Assembly (NCBI GenBank): GCA_963792585.1 | Contig: CAWBWI010000005.1 | Coordinates: 64,001 to 128,000 of the forward strand | Direction of reading: 5' to 3' | Source: Candidatus Eiseniibacteriota bacterium | GTDB lineage: Bacteria > Eisenbacteria > RBG-16-71-46 > CAIMUX01 > VGJL01 | DNA length: 64,000 bases | Shown here: positions 19,713 through 30,200 of the stretch, piece by piece | Layout: every line of letters starts with the position of its first letter | Numbering within the stretch: the stretch's first letter is position 1 | Program-made: the position numbers and the translations under genes | The notes under the pieces: model-generated | Seen by the model: only the letters and a program-made list of their open reading frames with translations | Databases searched by the model: none | Told to the model about the DNA's origin: nothing

Positions 19713-21288
19713 CCTCCGACTCCCCCTGGGGCCGCCGCCATTCCAGCATGAGCAGGTCTCCATATGCGTGGAGAGGATCGGCGCGGTAGCCGATCGCGCC
19801 GGGACCGACTCCGTCGATCCGAGCCCTGCGCTCGACGAAGATGCATGTCGCGAGCGAGCGGGCGCGCCGGTCGACGCGCTCCCAGACCCCGGACACGGTA
19901 TCGGCTGCCGGGGAGCGGGCCAAGGCGACCAGACTGTCGGTCCGCGTGTCGGAGAGGCCGGACACATTCGCCGAGCCTCCCGTTCGCCAGATCTCTCCCA
20001 CGTCGCCCGTCGCGGGGATCGTCCAGCCGATGACCGTTGCGTCGAAGATTCTTCCCGCGATCCGCGCGGCGCAATCCGGGGCCGGCAAGGGACGCAGTCG
20101 GCAGGCGACGCCGAGGTGATCGAGTTGCAGCGCCGCATCGACTGCGATGCGCTCGTCGCGGGCATTCGCCGCGTCGTAGAGAATCTCGAGCGATGGCGAT
20201 CCGAGGAGGGCGAAGGGAGCATCCATACTGTCTGCGGGGACCCCCGTCGCCCCGCTGTCCGGAGGCAGGCCTAGGATGCCGGAGCAGAACCCCACCGCAT
20301 CGACTGCCTCGTCGTCGGCGGCGGCACGACGGAGCTTCCGCGGATCCAGCCGCGCTTGCGAGAGGTGGCGAAGGTCCCAACGTCCCCAGATCGGATGATC
20401 GAGGTTGAAGGCGAGCGCCTCGACGGCGACGGCGCCCGCGCGCACGAGCCGGATCTCGTTCGATCCCTCCTCGCGGAGACGGTTGACCTCTTCGATCGGT
20501 AGGTCGATCGCGATGTCCGCGAGCCCTTGCTCGATCTGAAACGCGCGGCTTCGACCGGCCGGAACGAACCGGATCAGGAGCCGGTCGGCGCGGGGAATGC
20601 GACCTTCCGGCGGATAGGGGTGACGCGCGAGCCGAATCGATTCCCCCTGCTTCCACTCCTCGACACGGAAAGGTCCCGCCGCGTTGACGGGCCGGCCCGG
20701 CTCGCCGAGGACGGGACGCCGATCCTTGGTCTTTTCGTACTGCTCGGCCTCGATCAGGGGCAGCGCGGCAAGCTGCAGCGCCCGTTGCCGCGATACGGGC
20801 CGTCGAAACGTGAAGAGAACGACCCCCTGCACGCCGCCCGGGGCTTCGACCGAGGCGATGTCCGACAACCTCGCGGACCAGTCGCCGCCGAGGGTGGGAT
20901 CGCGGTAGAGGCGATAGCTCGTGACGACATCCTGGGCGCCGACGTAGGTCGTGTCTTCCCACATCCGGCTGCCGAGATAGAAGCGCACCGCACGGCCGCC
21001 CTCCTCCATCTCCCAGGACGAAGCCAGATCGCCGACGAAGCGCCCCGCGCCGAGCGATTCGGCCTCCACGCGGACCAGGGACGGGAGGATCCACGGCCAT
21101 ATCGCCGCCGAGGCGGAACTGCGCGCAAAGGGAGGAACGAGCTGGTCGGGCTCCTCTGCAACGGCGACGACGAGCATCTGCGGGCGGGCGGCGAGCGCAT
21201 CGACGGCGGAAGCGCGATCCGCGTCCCCACCATCGCGGTGCGAACAGGAGACGATCCACAGCGTGAGAAGGGGCAGGACCCTTCTCAC
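19672..21288 (-). CDS. ABC transporter peptide-type substrate-binding lipoprotein (family 5)
   Basis: Lipobox 'WIVSC', 'GDLASSWE', '[17 protein letters not shown]'; GTG overlaps the aroC stop. Confidence 0.8.
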   Translation of the reverse strand: MRRVLPLLTLWIVSCSHRDGGDADRASAVDALAARPQMLVVAVAEEPDQLVPPFARSSASAAIWPWILPSLVRVEAESLGAGRFVGDLASSWEMEEGGRAVRFYLGSRMWEDTTYVGAQDVVTSYRLYRDPTLGGDWSARLSDIASVEAPGGVQGVVLFTFRRPVSRQRALQLAALPLIEAEQYEKTKDRRPVLGEPGRPVNAAGPFRVEEWKQGESIRLARHPYPPEGRIPRADRLLIRFVPAGRSRAFQIEQGLADIAIDLPIEEVNRLREEGSNEIRLVRAGAVAVEALAFNLDHPIWGRWDLRHLSQARLDPRKLRRAAADDEAVDAVGFCSGILGLPPDSGATGVPADSMDAPFALLGSPSLEILYDAANARDERIAVDAALQLDHLGVACRLRPLPAPDCAARIAGRIFDATVIGWTIPATGDVGEIWRTGGSANVSGLSDTRTDSLVALARSPAADTVSGVWERVDRRARSLATCIFVERRARIDGVGPGAIGYRADPLHAYGDLLMLEWRRPQGESEVTRSSAERSRRRS

Positions 21289-22394
21289 CGGAGCGCCTCG
21301 TCGATTCGCGCCGCGGCGCCGTCCAGCGCGACCTGCCGGAGCCAGTGATCGGCCAGGACGATCGCGGCCATCGCCTCGACGATCGGGACAGCGCGCGGCA
21401 GGACGCACGGATCGTGGCGTCCCGTCGCCTCGAGCGTCCGCGGGCGTCCCTGCTCGTCCACCGTCTCCTGCGGTTTCCGAATCGTCGCGGTCGGCTTGAA
21501 GGCCACCCGTATGAGGATCGCTTCCCCGTTGGAGATCCCACCCTGGATCCCGCCACTATGGTTGGTGCGGGTCCGCACGCGATCTCCCTCGACGTAGAAG
21601 GGATCGTTGTGCGCGGAACCGGTGAGACGCGTTCCCTCGAAGCCCGAACCGATTTCGAATCCCTTGGCCGCGGGAAGCGACAGCATGCCGCGCGCGAGGT
21701 CGGCCTCGAGCTTGTCGAAGACCGGCTCGCCCAAACCGGCGGGCACATTACGGGCGACCAAGGAGACGATTCCGCCGAGCGAATCCCCTTCGCGGCGGGC
21801 CTGCTCGATCCTTTCCTCCATCCGGGCGGCGGCATCGGGCACGGGACAACGGGTCGGGTGAGCTTCGACCTCTGCGCGCGTCAAGGTCGCGGCGTCCGCC
21901 TCCGCAGTGATCCCTCCCGCCTCCGAGACCCATCCGACGATCTCGATCCCCGCCACGATGCCGAGCAGCTTCTCGGCGATCGCGCCCGCGGCGACCCGTC
22001 CAACCGTCTCGCGCGCGCTGGCGCGTCCTCCGCCTTGCCAATTGCGGATTCCAAACTTCGTCTGGTACGTGAAGTCTCCGTGCGAAGGGCGGTAAACCTC
22101 CCGGAAGGGGCTGTAGGCTTCGGGTCGAGCGTCGGTGTTCTCGACGATGAGCAGGATCGGGCTCCCGAGGGTTCGTCCCTCGAAGACCCCGGAGAGGATC
22201 CGCACGCGGTCGTCCTCGCGTCTCTGGGAGGTGAGGAGGCTCTGACCGGGCTTCCTACGATCGAGGCTGGGTTGGATGTCCGCCTCGCTGAGGGGAAGCC
22301 GAGGAGGGCAACCGTCCACGACGGCCCCGACCGCTCCGCCGTGACTCTCTCCCCAGGTCGTCACTCGATAGAGGGTGCCGAAACTACTCGCCAT
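21285..22394 (-). CDS. aroC: Chorismate synthase
   Basis: [42 protein letters not shown]. Confidence 0.97.
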   Translation of the reverse strand: MASSFGTLYRVTTWGESHGGAVGAVVDGCPPRLPLSEADIQPSLDRRKPGQSLLTSQRREDDRVRILSGVFEGRTLGSPILLIVENTDARPEAYSPFREVYRPSHGDFTYQTKFGIRNWQGGGRASARETVGRVAAGAIAEKLLGIVAGIEIVGWVSEAGGITAEADAATLTRAEVEAHPTRCPVPDAAARMEERIEQARREGDSLGGIVSLVARNVPAGLGEPVFDKLEADLARGMLSLPAAKGFEIGSGFEGTRLTGSAHNDPFYVEGDRVRTRTNHSGGIQGGISNGEAILIRVAFKPTATIRKPQETVDEQGRPRTLEATGRHDPCVLPRAVPIVEAMAAIVLADHWLRQVALDGAAARIDEALR

Positions 22395-22520
22395 CGATCG
22401 TTCTCCAAGCCCGACCAACCGGGCCCACCCACAGTACCACGCCCCGGCGGTGGGGTCGCTCGGGATGCGCGCCGCCCATGGGGTGAGCGGACGGGGCCGG
22501 CGTGGTAGACTGCGCGCGCC

Positions 22521-23036
22521 ATGCAGAGCGCCTCCTACTGGATCGAGCGGCTCCAACTCACCCCTCACCCGGAGGGGGGCTACTTCATCGAAACCTATCG
22601 TTCCGCGCACATGCTCGCCACTGCGCACCTGCCCGCCGCCTACGATGCGCCGCGAGCCATGGCGACCGCGATCTACTTCCTTCTGGAAGGCGGCGACTTC
22701 TCCGCCTTCCACCGGCTCAAGGGGGACGAGATCTGGCATCACTACGAGGGCAGTCCGCTGACGGTCCATCGGATCTCCCCGGATGGAACGCTCATGCAAT
22801 CGAGCCTTGGCCGCGATCCCGACGCAGGGCAGGACCTCCAACTCCTGATCCCCGCGGGAACCTGGTTCGCCGCGACCGTGGACGACCCGTCCGGCTACGG
22901 CCTCGTCGGCTGCACGATGACCCCCGGATTCGCATTTCCGGATCTCGAGCTGGGGGACCGGGACGCCCTGCTTCGATCCTTCCCACGCCATCGGGCCCTG
23001 ATCGAAAGGCTCACGCGTCCAGGCCGAGGCAATTGA
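22521..23036 (+). CDS. Cupin_5 (DUF985) family protein
   Basis: [40 protein letters not shown]. Confidence 0.9.
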   Translation: MQSASYWIERLQLTPHPEGGYFIETYRSAHMLATAHLPAAYDAPRAMATAIYFLLEGGDFSAFHRLKGDEIWHHYEGSPLTVHRISPDGTLMQSSLGRDPDAGQDLQLLIPAGTWFAATVDDPSGYGLVGCTMTPGFAFPDLELGDRDALLRSFPRHRALIERLTRPGRGN

Positions 23037-23269
23037 CGCAACCACCCGGTTTCGCTTGCGTTTCGGGTCGGGATGTGCGATCGTAGCGGCGTTCCGCTGC
23101 GTTGGGCCGCGCGGCGGAGCTTCAAGCCAGTGGCCCGAACTGATATTGTTTAGCCCCGGGAATCTGTTTGGAAGTCGACCTAAGCCGCTTCTGTCTCGCG
23201 TCTTCGGCCCGTTCCCTGTCCCTGGAGCCTCAGACAATGTCACTGTCCAGTTTTCGAAGGAGGAACCCG

Positions 23270-23617
23270 ATGGGTTCGAAGATCTATGTGGGTGGCCTGC
23301 CGTATTCGGCGACGGAGGAGCAGCTTGCGGAGCTCTTCTCGCCGTTCGGCACGGTCGAGTCCGCGCGTGTGATCACCGACAAGTTTACCGGGCAGTCGCG
23401 CGGTTTCGGCTTCGTTGAGATGTCCAATGCCGAGGAGGCCAAGAGGGCAATCGCGGCCCTGAACGCCACCCAGATGAATGGACGGACGTTGACAGTGAAT
23501 GAGGCGAGACCGCAGGAGCCGCGCACCGGCGGCGGCGGTCACGGGGGCGGTGGCGGAGGTGGTTGTCGTGGCGGCGGCGGTGGCGCCGGCGGCGGTGGCG
23601 GCCGGGACCGCTGGTAA
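23270..23617 (+). CDS. RRM RNA-binding protein with Gly-rich tail
   Basis: RNP2 IYVGGL, RNP1 RGFGFVEM, 'VNEARP'; AAGGAGG RBS. Confidence 0.95.
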   Translation: MGSKIYVGGLPYSATEEQLAELFSPFGTVESARVITDKFTGQSRGFGFVEMSNAEEAKRAIAALNATQMNGRTLTVNEARPQEPRTGGGGHGGGGGGGCRGGGGGAGGGGGRDRW

Positions 23618-23727
23618 GAGCAATCGACTGAGCGCAGCTTCTTTGGGGCCGCCGGTGTGACAGCCGGCGGTCCCGTTCAATTCCTCCCGCAGCGACAGCA
23701 CGATCATCCCGGCCTGGTAATTTGGAA

Positions 23728-23763
23728 ACCGGAGCGGCCTTGATCGCCGCTCCGGTCTTCTTT
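23728..23763. terminator. Probable bidirectional intrinsic terminator
   Basis: ACCGGAGCGGC-N7-GCCGCTCCGGT followed by CTTCTTT; lies between convergent genes. Confidence 0.7.
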
Positions 23764-23832
23764 GCGTGCGACGGGTTGCCGCTTGCGCGGTCCGCCGATT
23801 CCTCATGCAGACAGCTGTGTCGCGCGCGCCGC

Positions 23833-24588
23833 CTATGCGGAGCGACGACGACGGGCCAGCACGCCGCCAAGCAGCCCGCCGCCGAGAAGCAGCAGCGAAG
23901 TGGGCTCCGGAACCGGTGTCACGAGGTCGCCATCCACGCGTGCCCACTCTTCGAAGCCGGCGTTGGAAGCATAGGCTCCGCCGGCGGCGCCGAACTGGGA
24001 ATACAGATAGAGGTACTTGTCCTGTTGCCCACTGAACAGATTGTAAGGAAGGTAGGCAAGCATGTCGCCCGCCCCGCTGCCGGACTCCAGGGCGTAGTTC
24101 AGGTTGACCCTGTTTCCGATCCCCATGTCATACAGCAGCGTTCCGTTCGCGTTCAGCTGGCTCAGACTGGTGTAGTCCTTGCTCGCAGCCGCGTAGACCT
24201 TGAATCCATCCATGGACAGCAGGGGCTCGTGGTTCGTTTGGTTGATATCGAGCAGGAACCGGATCGACTCCACGCCATTGAAATCGACCGTGCCGAAATC
24301 GCTGACGCGGATGGAGTGGGTCCAGTTCCCCGACTTCTCATCCAGCAGATACGGACCGTCCGAATTGATGCCCCTCTCCGAGTCGTGCTTCTGGACGCGG
24401 AGGAAGGGGTCGATCACGCCGGTTCCGGTCGACCGATTGCTGACCTGGATGAAGGAAGCGCTGCCAATCATCCCGCTCGCGCCGAGCGTGGTCAGATCGA
24501 CCATCAATGCCGCGGCGGGTGACACCGCTGCGGCTGCTGCGCAACCCACGAGCATTGCGATCATTGAAATCTTGGTGAAGTTCGTCAT
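23833..24588 (-). CDS. PEP-CTERM sorting domain protein
   Basis: Signal peptide; C-terminus VPEPTSLLLLGGGLLGGVLARRRRSA. Confidence 0.92.
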   Translation of the reverse strand: MTNFTKISMIAMLVGCAAAAAVSPAAALMVDLTTLGASGMIGSASFIQVSNRSTGTGVIDPFLRVQKHDSERGINSDGPYLLDEKSGNWTHSIRVSDFGTVDFNGVESIRFLLDINQTNHEPLLSMDGFKVYAAASKDYTSLSQLNANGTLLYDMGIGNRVNLNYALESGSGAGDMLAYLPYNLFSGQQDKYLYLYSQFGAAGGAYASNAGFEEWARVDGDLVTPVPEPTSLLLLGGGLLGGVLARRRRSA

Positions 24589-24714
24589 ATCCGACTGCCC
24601 CCTGTCGCCATACCTACCACTCGCAGTGGTCGGGCGGTATCGACGCGTTTTGAGCCAGGCGTTCCGGGCAAGGGAGCCTCGGTCACGACCTGGGTTCTCG
24701 GTGCCTGCCTCGAG

Positions 24715-24730
24715 TGCATACTATGAGCCA
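24715..24730 (-). promoter_or_regulatory. Sigma54 (-24/-12) promoter of the leftward PEP-CTERM gene
   Basis: Minus strand TGGCTCATAGTATGCA has GG-N10-GC spacing; PEP-CTERM genes are commonly sigma54-regulated. Confidence 0.65.
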
Positions 24731-25112
24731 ATGTTATTCGCGAATCAAGATTATCTGGAGGCCGTCCAGATTTTCCCCAGATTCGGTTCATTACTCGTCG
24801 GAGCGGCGGCGTCCGAGACACATCCTCGAACCGGCCTCTACAACCGCCCCCCTCCACCCGCCCATGGATCGGACCGTCCAGCAGCATCATTCAGGTCCAA
24901 ACGACTGGGCCGCAGAACGGCTGACGACTCCCCTGCAACTCGACTCGGTCACGTGAGCCTACCTATCCTGATCAAACATCACGAGTTCCGGGCCGACCGT
25001 CGAGACCGGCGTCTCCTCATCCCGAAAGAATCCCCGAGAATCCTCCAGACGACCCTCATTTTGGAGAGAGGGCTAACCTGCACACCCACTTCGCATTGGG
25101 AGAACTCGCCTC

Positions 25113-25141
25113 TTGACAACGGGGCCCGGGAGTGCCACAAT
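25113..25141 (+). promoter_or_regulatory. Putative sigma70 promoter
   Basis: TTGACA-N17-CACAAT with an extended TGn. Confidence 0.55.
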
Positions 25142-25363
25142 AGGTCTGTGTTGTCGGATTCGATTCTCTAACATCCTATCCGAACACAAGCCTACCTGCG
25201 GTTTCTCCCTGGTCTTTGTACGGGGAATTCCGATAGGTGGTTTGCATCGGATATGTCGGTAACGCGGCGATATCGTCGCGTTTCTGGCATGAACAGCGGG
25301 CGCGTGAACGTTCCAGCGTGCCGCGAGCACATGAACGCGCAGCCCGCATCCTTAAGGAGGACC

Positions 25364-26053
25364 ATGGTGAAGTTGATACTGACCCTCATGGCGGTGATCG
25401 CACTCGCGACGGCAGTCACTCCGGCAGAAGCTTTCGTCCTGGGCCTGGATTGGGGAGTCATGGATCGGAACACCCGCTACGACATCTACGTGCAGAGTCT
25501 CGGCGGGTGGTTCAACAATCCTGTCCTGGCGGGGAGCTTCAACGGCTACAGCGGGGGCTCGTTGGGCGGTCCGCTGCCTCCGAACGATGGGACCTACTTC
25601 GGCAAGCTGTACTGCGTCGACCTCAGTCACTGGATCGAGATCCCGACGGAGTACGAAGTGAGTTCCGAGCCTCTCGGGAATTTGCAGAATGGGCAGCGGG
25701 CAGCCTGGCTCGTCAACAACAAGCTCGCGAGCGTCGGCAACAACACCGACAAGTCCGCGGGTCTTCAGCTGGCGATCTGGAACGCCGTCTACGACAACGA
25801 CTTTACGCTCGGCGCCGGCAGTTTCAAGGCGACCGGCGGCCACTCGACCGCGCGGGCCTATGCGAGCAACTTCCTCGCGGAGATGCAGAACCAGGGCCCG
25901 ATCACGGGTGAGACTGCGACGTACCTGAATGCCACCAGCAACTATGGTCAGGACCTGATCACGCCGGTCCCTGAGCCCGCGAGCCTCATGCTTCTGGGCC
26001 TCGGCCTCGGCGCTGCAGGTCTGGTTTCGAAGCGCAAGAAGGCGCGCGGATAG
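25364..26053 (+). CDS. PEP-CTERM protein with thioester-domain-like motifs
   Basis: AAGGAGG RBS, signal peptide, 'YCVDL', 'GLQLAIW', 'YGQDLI', C-terminus VPEPASLMLLGLGLGAAGLVSKRKKARG. Confidence 0.9.
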   Translation: MVKLILTLMAVIALATAVTPAEAFVLGLDWGVMDRNTRYDIYVQSLGGWFNNPVLAGSFNGYSGGSLGGPLPPNDGTYFGKLYCVDLSHWIEIPTEYEVSSEPLGNLQNGQRAAWLVNNKLASVGNNTDKSAGLQLAIWNAVYDNDFTLGAGSFKATGGHSTARAYASNFLAEMQNQGPITGETATYLNATSNYGQDLITPVPEPASLMLLGLGLGAAGLVSKRKKARG

Positions 26054-26074
26054 CCGTCGCGTCCGGCTGGAATC

Positions 26075-26112
26075 AAACCGTCGGATCCCTCACGGGATCC
26101 GGCGGTTTGTTG
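26075..26112 (+). terminator. Intrinsic terminator
   Basis: AAACCGTCGGATCCC-TCAC-GGGATCCGGCGGTTT then GTTG. Confidence 0.75.
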
Positions 26113-26299
26113 CTTAAGTGCCGCGACACGCCCCCTCTGGGTGCACGGCCCGCAAGACGCAGAGCGTCGATCACGGCAAATGGAGAAGCGGGCCCTGTGG
26201 GGCGTGGGCGGCCCGACAACCCTTGACCCGATCGACCGCGTCGCCTACGAATCGTGGATCGACTGCAAACGCCTCACCCGAACGAACACGGAGGTCTTC

Positions 26300-28423
26300 A
26301 TGCCCCGACACCCGATAACCGTCGAAGATCTGTGGGCGCTACCGCGCGTTGGCGCGCCGGTTCCCTCCCCCGACGGCGCGGAGGTTCTCGTTCCGGTCGC
26401 TACCTACTCGATGGAGTCCAACGAGGGGGCTACCCGTCTCTGGCTGGTGCCCGCCGACGCGGACGGCGCCGGCTCAGGACGCGCCGGGGACCGCGCGCGC
26501 CCGCTGACCACCGCCGAAGCATCGAGCGGCCAACCCGCGTGGAGCCCGGAGGGCGCGCGCATCGCTTTCGTACGCAAACCCGGGGGAGCGAAGAACGAGA
26601 CGAAGGGAAAGCCGGGAGCGAAGTACACCGACCAACCTCAGCTCTACGTGATGCCGCTGGCCGGCGGCGAGCCGAAGAGGGTGACCGACCTTCCCCTGGG
26701 CGTCGTGGACCCGCGGTGGTTCCCGGACGGCCGGAGGATCGCCTTCCTTTCGCCGGTCTACGTCGATGCGCTCAACCTCGATTCCGCCGCGAAGCGCGCG
26801 AAGGATATCGAGGAGAACCCCGTCAAGGCGACGGTGACCGAGGATCGTTTCTATCGGCTGTGGGACCAGTGGCTCACGGACGGCAAGATCCACCATCTCT
26901 TCGTGATCGACCTCGATACGGGGAAGATCCAGGACCTGACCCCCGAATCGCGCCGCTGGTTCAACCCGGATGATCCGACGAACCAGTATCGGATCTCACC
27001 GGACGGCACGGAGATCGTCTTTGCGGCATGCCGGACGCAGCCGCCGCACGATCCCGTCCTCTGGGGCATCTTCACCGTTGCGGTTCCCGCGCGGGTCGGC
27101 GTACGCGCCGGGCGCGTTCGCCCGCTGACCAACGGCTATCCCGCCGACGTCTCGAATCCCATCTACTCCCCCGACGGCCGCTGGATCGTCTTCGGCATGC
27201 AGCGCGAGTACGATTTCTATGCCGACCGGACGCGCCTGGTCGCGTTCGATCGTTCCCGCGGCACCCACTCGGTCCTCACGGAGGGCTGGCAGCTCTCGGC
27301 TGACTCGTGGAGCTTTGCCGAAGATGGACGGACCCTCGTGATCAGCGCCGGCACCGCCGGGCGCTCCGCGATCTACACGCTCGATCTCGGCGTCGCGCTC
27401 GCGGAGAGGGGGAAGGCAAGGCCCAGGGAATTCCTGCGCGGCGGCTCCTTCAGCGCGCCGCGGATCGCCGGCGGCCGGTTGTTCATGAGCCGCTCGTCGC
27501 TCCGCGAACCGCCCGAGGCGGTCGTCTGCGCGATCGGCTCGAAGAAGGTCAAGAGACTGACCGGCTTCACCGACCCTGTGATGCGAACCATCCAGGTGCC
27601 CTCCGTCGAAGAGGTCATCTTCACCGGGGCCGATGGGGACCCCGTGCAGATGTACCTTCTCTACCCGCCCGGCGTGCGCCCCACTCCCGAAGGACGTCGC
27701 CCCGCGAAACGGATGCCGCTGGTCCAGATGATCCACGGCGGTCCGCATGCCGCGTTCGGGGACGAGTGGCACTGGAGGTGGAACGCCCAGGCCTTCGCTG
27801 CCCCGGGCTACGTCGTCGCGCTCGTCAACTTCCACGGCTCGACCGGTTGGGGGCAGAAGTTCGCGGCATCGATCCTCGGTAGCTGGGGGGATCAGCCTTA
27901 CCGTGACGTGATGGCCGCCACCGACTATCTCATCGAGCGTGGAATCGCGGATCCGAAGCGGATGGCCGCGACGGGAGGCTCCTACGGCGGCTACCTGGCC
28001 GCATGGATCGCCTCCCAGACCGATCGATTCGCCGCGATCGTGAATCACGCTGGGGTCTGCGACTTCCAGACGCAGTACGCATCCGACGTCACGCAGGGGC
28101 GCGCACGCTCCATGGGCGGCGAACCGTGGGACAACATCGAGGGGATGGATCGCTACAATCCGATGCGCTTCGCAGCGGGCTTCCGCACCCCGATGCTCGT
28201 CATCCACGGCGAGAGGGACTACCGCGTGCCCCACGCCCAAGGCATCGAGATCTACAATGTCTACAAGGCCATGAAGCTGCCCGCACGGCTCATTTGCTAC
28301 CCCGATGAGAACCACTGGATCCTCAAGCCGCGAAACAGCCGCCACTGGTACGGCGAGTTCCTCGGTTGGCTCGATCGTTGGATCGGGGCCGGCTCGAAGA
28401 AGCGCGGAAGGAGGACGCGATGA
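26300..28423 (+). CDS. S9 family serine peptidase
   Basis: PD40-like propeller repeats, IHGGPH, GGSYGG nucleophile, HGERDYRV, DENHWIL. Confidence 0.93.
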   Translation: MPRHPITVEDLWALPRVGAPVPSPDGAEVLVPVATYSMESNEGATRLWLVPADADGAGSGRAGDRARPLTTAEASSGQPAWSPEGARIAFVRKPGGAKNETKGKPGAKYTDQPQLYVMPLAGGEPKRVTDLPLGVVDPRWFPDGRRIAFLSPVYVDALNLDSAAKRAKDIEENPVKATVTEDRFYRLWDQWLTDGKIHHLFVIDLDTGKIQDLTPESRRWFNPDDPTNQYRISPDGTEIVFAACRTQPPHDPVLWGIFTVAVPARVGVRAGRVRPLTNGYPADVSNPIYSPDGRWIVFGMQREYDFYADRTRLVAFDRSRGTHSVLTEGWQLSADSWSFAEDGRTLVISAGTAGRSAIYTLDLGVALAERGKARPREFLRGGSFSAPRIAGGRLFMSRSSLREPPEAVVCAIGSKKVKRLTGFTDPVMRTIQVPSVEEVIFTGADGDPVQMYLLYPPGVRPTPEGRRPAKRMPLVQMIHGGPHAAFGDEWHWRWNAQAFAAPGYVVALVNFHGSTGWGQKFAASILGSWGDQPYRDVMAATDYLIERGIADPKRMAATGGSYGGYLAAWIASQTDRFAAIVNHAGVCDFQTQYASDVTQGRARSMGGEPWDNIEGMDRYNPMRFAAGFRTPMLVIHGERDYRVPHAQGIEIYNVYKAMKLPARLICYPDENHWILKPRNSRHWYGEFLGWLDRWIGAGSKKRGRRTR

Positions 28424-29682
28424 GACGCGCAGGCTTCCTGCTGGCGATCGTTGCGATCGCCACGGCCGGATGCGGCGGATCCCGCATGGCGATCCGTCCC
28501 CTGATCCAGGACTACGACAACTTCGAGCGCGAGGTGCGGAGCATCGAGCCCGAGGCGCCCGCGGCCGAGGCGTGGAGCGCGGCGCAGTCCAATCGCGCCG
28601 CCGCGGATCCCTATATCCAGAAGGGAAAGGACCGGGCTGCGTATCCCTACATGGCGAAGGGGGTGGCCGATCTTCGCGTCGCCCTCGCGGCGGCCGTCGA
28701 GGCGCGGAGCGAGGCGGACGCCGACGAGTGCCGGCGCGCGGTCGAGGAGGCGCGCCAGCGATGGGAGGAGATGATCATCCTGCTCGAGCAGACGGAGCGC
28801 GTCGCGCGACGCACGGCCCCGGGGATCGCCCGGGAAGCCCCGACGCTCGACGAGGGGCCGATCTTGCCGGCAGCCGATCCCGTTGGGACCGTCCCGCCGA
28901 TTCTCGACCCTGGCGCCCTTGCGGAGAGCTGGGGGGCCTGGACGGACGAGGCCGCGGCGCGCGCGATCCCTGCGGCCGATCTCGCCTCGCGATTCGATCC
29001 CTCGATCGCAATCGCGGCGGGGAAGGAATACGACAAGCAGGAGCGACAGCTCCACGCCTACCTGGCGGGACGGACCCTTCAGGAATTGCAGGCGCGCGTG
29101 CGAGGGCGTGTCGCCGACGCTGTCTGCGCCCACGGGACCCTGCTCGCCGCCGGGTTGGGGAATGAACGGGACGCCGGGTTGCGCGCGAGCCTCGAACTCG
29201 AGCGCGGATTGCGGGACGATCTACGCGCCGAACTGGAGAAGGCCCGCGAAGAGGCCCGCACGCGCCAGCAGCAGATCTACGAGGCGATGCAATCCCTGGA
29301 AGGCAAGTACGCCCGGATCACGCAGAGCGCCCGCGGGACGATCGTGAGCCTGGCGGACATCCTCTTCGATTTCGACAAGGCGACTCTCAAGCGCAACGTC
29401 GAGTTCAGCCTGGTCAAGGTCGCGACGATCCTGAACCAGTTCGAGGAGATGAAGATCTCCGTCGAAGGACATACGGACAACATCGGCAAGCCCGACTACA
29501 ACCTCGACCTGTCGAAGCGGCGGGCGCAGGCGGTGCACGACTTCCTGGTCTCCCAGGAGGTCGCCCCGGAGCGGATGACGGTGGACGGCTTCGGCATGAC
29601 CCGTCCGGTCGCGGACAACGGCACGGAGGAGGGGCGGCAGAAGAACCGCCGCGTGGATCTGGTGATCCAGGAGCAGCCCTGA
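28420..29682 (+). CDS. OmpA-domain lipoprotein with long helical N-terminal region
   Basis: Lipobox 'ATAGC'; ILFDFDKA, EGHTDNIG, LSKRRA, NRRVDL. Confidence 0.9.
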   Translation: MRRAGFLLAIVAIATAGCGGSRMAIRPLIQDYDNFEREVRSIEPEAPAAEAWSAAQSNRAAADPYIQKGKDRAAYPYMAKGVADLRVALAAAVEARSEADADECRRAVEEARQRWEEMIILLEQTERVARRTAPGIAREAPTLDEGPILPAADPVGTVPPILDPGALAESWGAWTDEAAARAIPAADLASRFDPSIAIAAGKEYDKQERQLHAYLAGRTLQELQARVRGRVADAVCAHGTLLAAGLGNERDAGLRASLELERGLRDDLRAELEKAREEARTRQQQIYEAMQSLEGKYARITQSARGTIVSLADILFDFDKATLKRNVEFSLVKVATILNQFEEMKISVEGHTDNIGKPDYNLDLSKRRAQAVHDFLVSQEVAPERMTVDGFGMTRPVADNGTEEGRQKNRRVDLVIQEQP

Positions 29683-30197
29683 GGCGGTATCAACCTGATC
29701 GGGCGCTCCCTCCCTATGCGTATCTCTGGGGTCGCCATCCGCACCCGCTCCGCGATCCGCGAGGACACAGCTACCGGAAACCGATGGGCGACCCGCCGCC
29801 GCTCATCCCGATGCGTTGGAGGGACTCTCCCGACTATCTGTACGGGGTCGACCTCTTCAACAACGGCTACTACTGGGAAGCCCACGAAGCTTGGGAAGGA
29901 CTCTGGCGGGCGGCCGGCAAAGTTGGGGTGACGGCGGAGTTCTTGAAGGGCTTGATCAAGCTGACCGCCGCGGCGATCAAGATCCGGGAAGGTCGGTCGG
30001 TAGGGGCGGTTCATCTCGCGGAGGGCGCCATCGGGCATCTGGAGAGCGTCGCCGCATCGAGCGGCTCCCCAACGTACGCGGGGCTGGAGATCGCGTCGGC
30101 GATTCGCATGGCAGAGGGGATACGCTCGTCGGTCCGCGACGGAATGCCGCGCTCGTCACCCATCGTCGCCGATCCGCTGATCCTCGGAAGCTGTTAG
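29679..30197 (+). CDS. DUF309 family protein (probable CTG start)
   Basis: 'LFNNGYYWEAHEAWEGLW'; the in-frame upstream stretch 'RYQPDRALPPYAY...PHP.RDPRGHSY' extends to CTG 29679. Confidence 0.8.
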   Translation: MRRYQPDRALPPYAYLWGRHPHPLRDPRGHSYRKPMGDPPPLIPMRWRDSPDYLYGVDLFNNGYYWEAHEAWEGLWRAAGKVGVTAEFLKGLIKLTAAAIKIREGRSVGAVHLAEGAIGHLESVAASSGSPTYAGLEIASAIRMAEGIRSSVRDGMPRSSPIVADPLILGSC

Positions 30198-30200
30198 GTC

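Noticed and set aside
23528..23605. GGC-rich microsatellite-like tract
   Set aside because: Encodes the ordinary Gly-rich tail of the RRM protein.
25285..25300. Sigma54 promoter for the rightward PEP-CTERM gene
   Set aside because: The -24 TGGCAT is present but the -12 GC is missing (GG), so it was not called.
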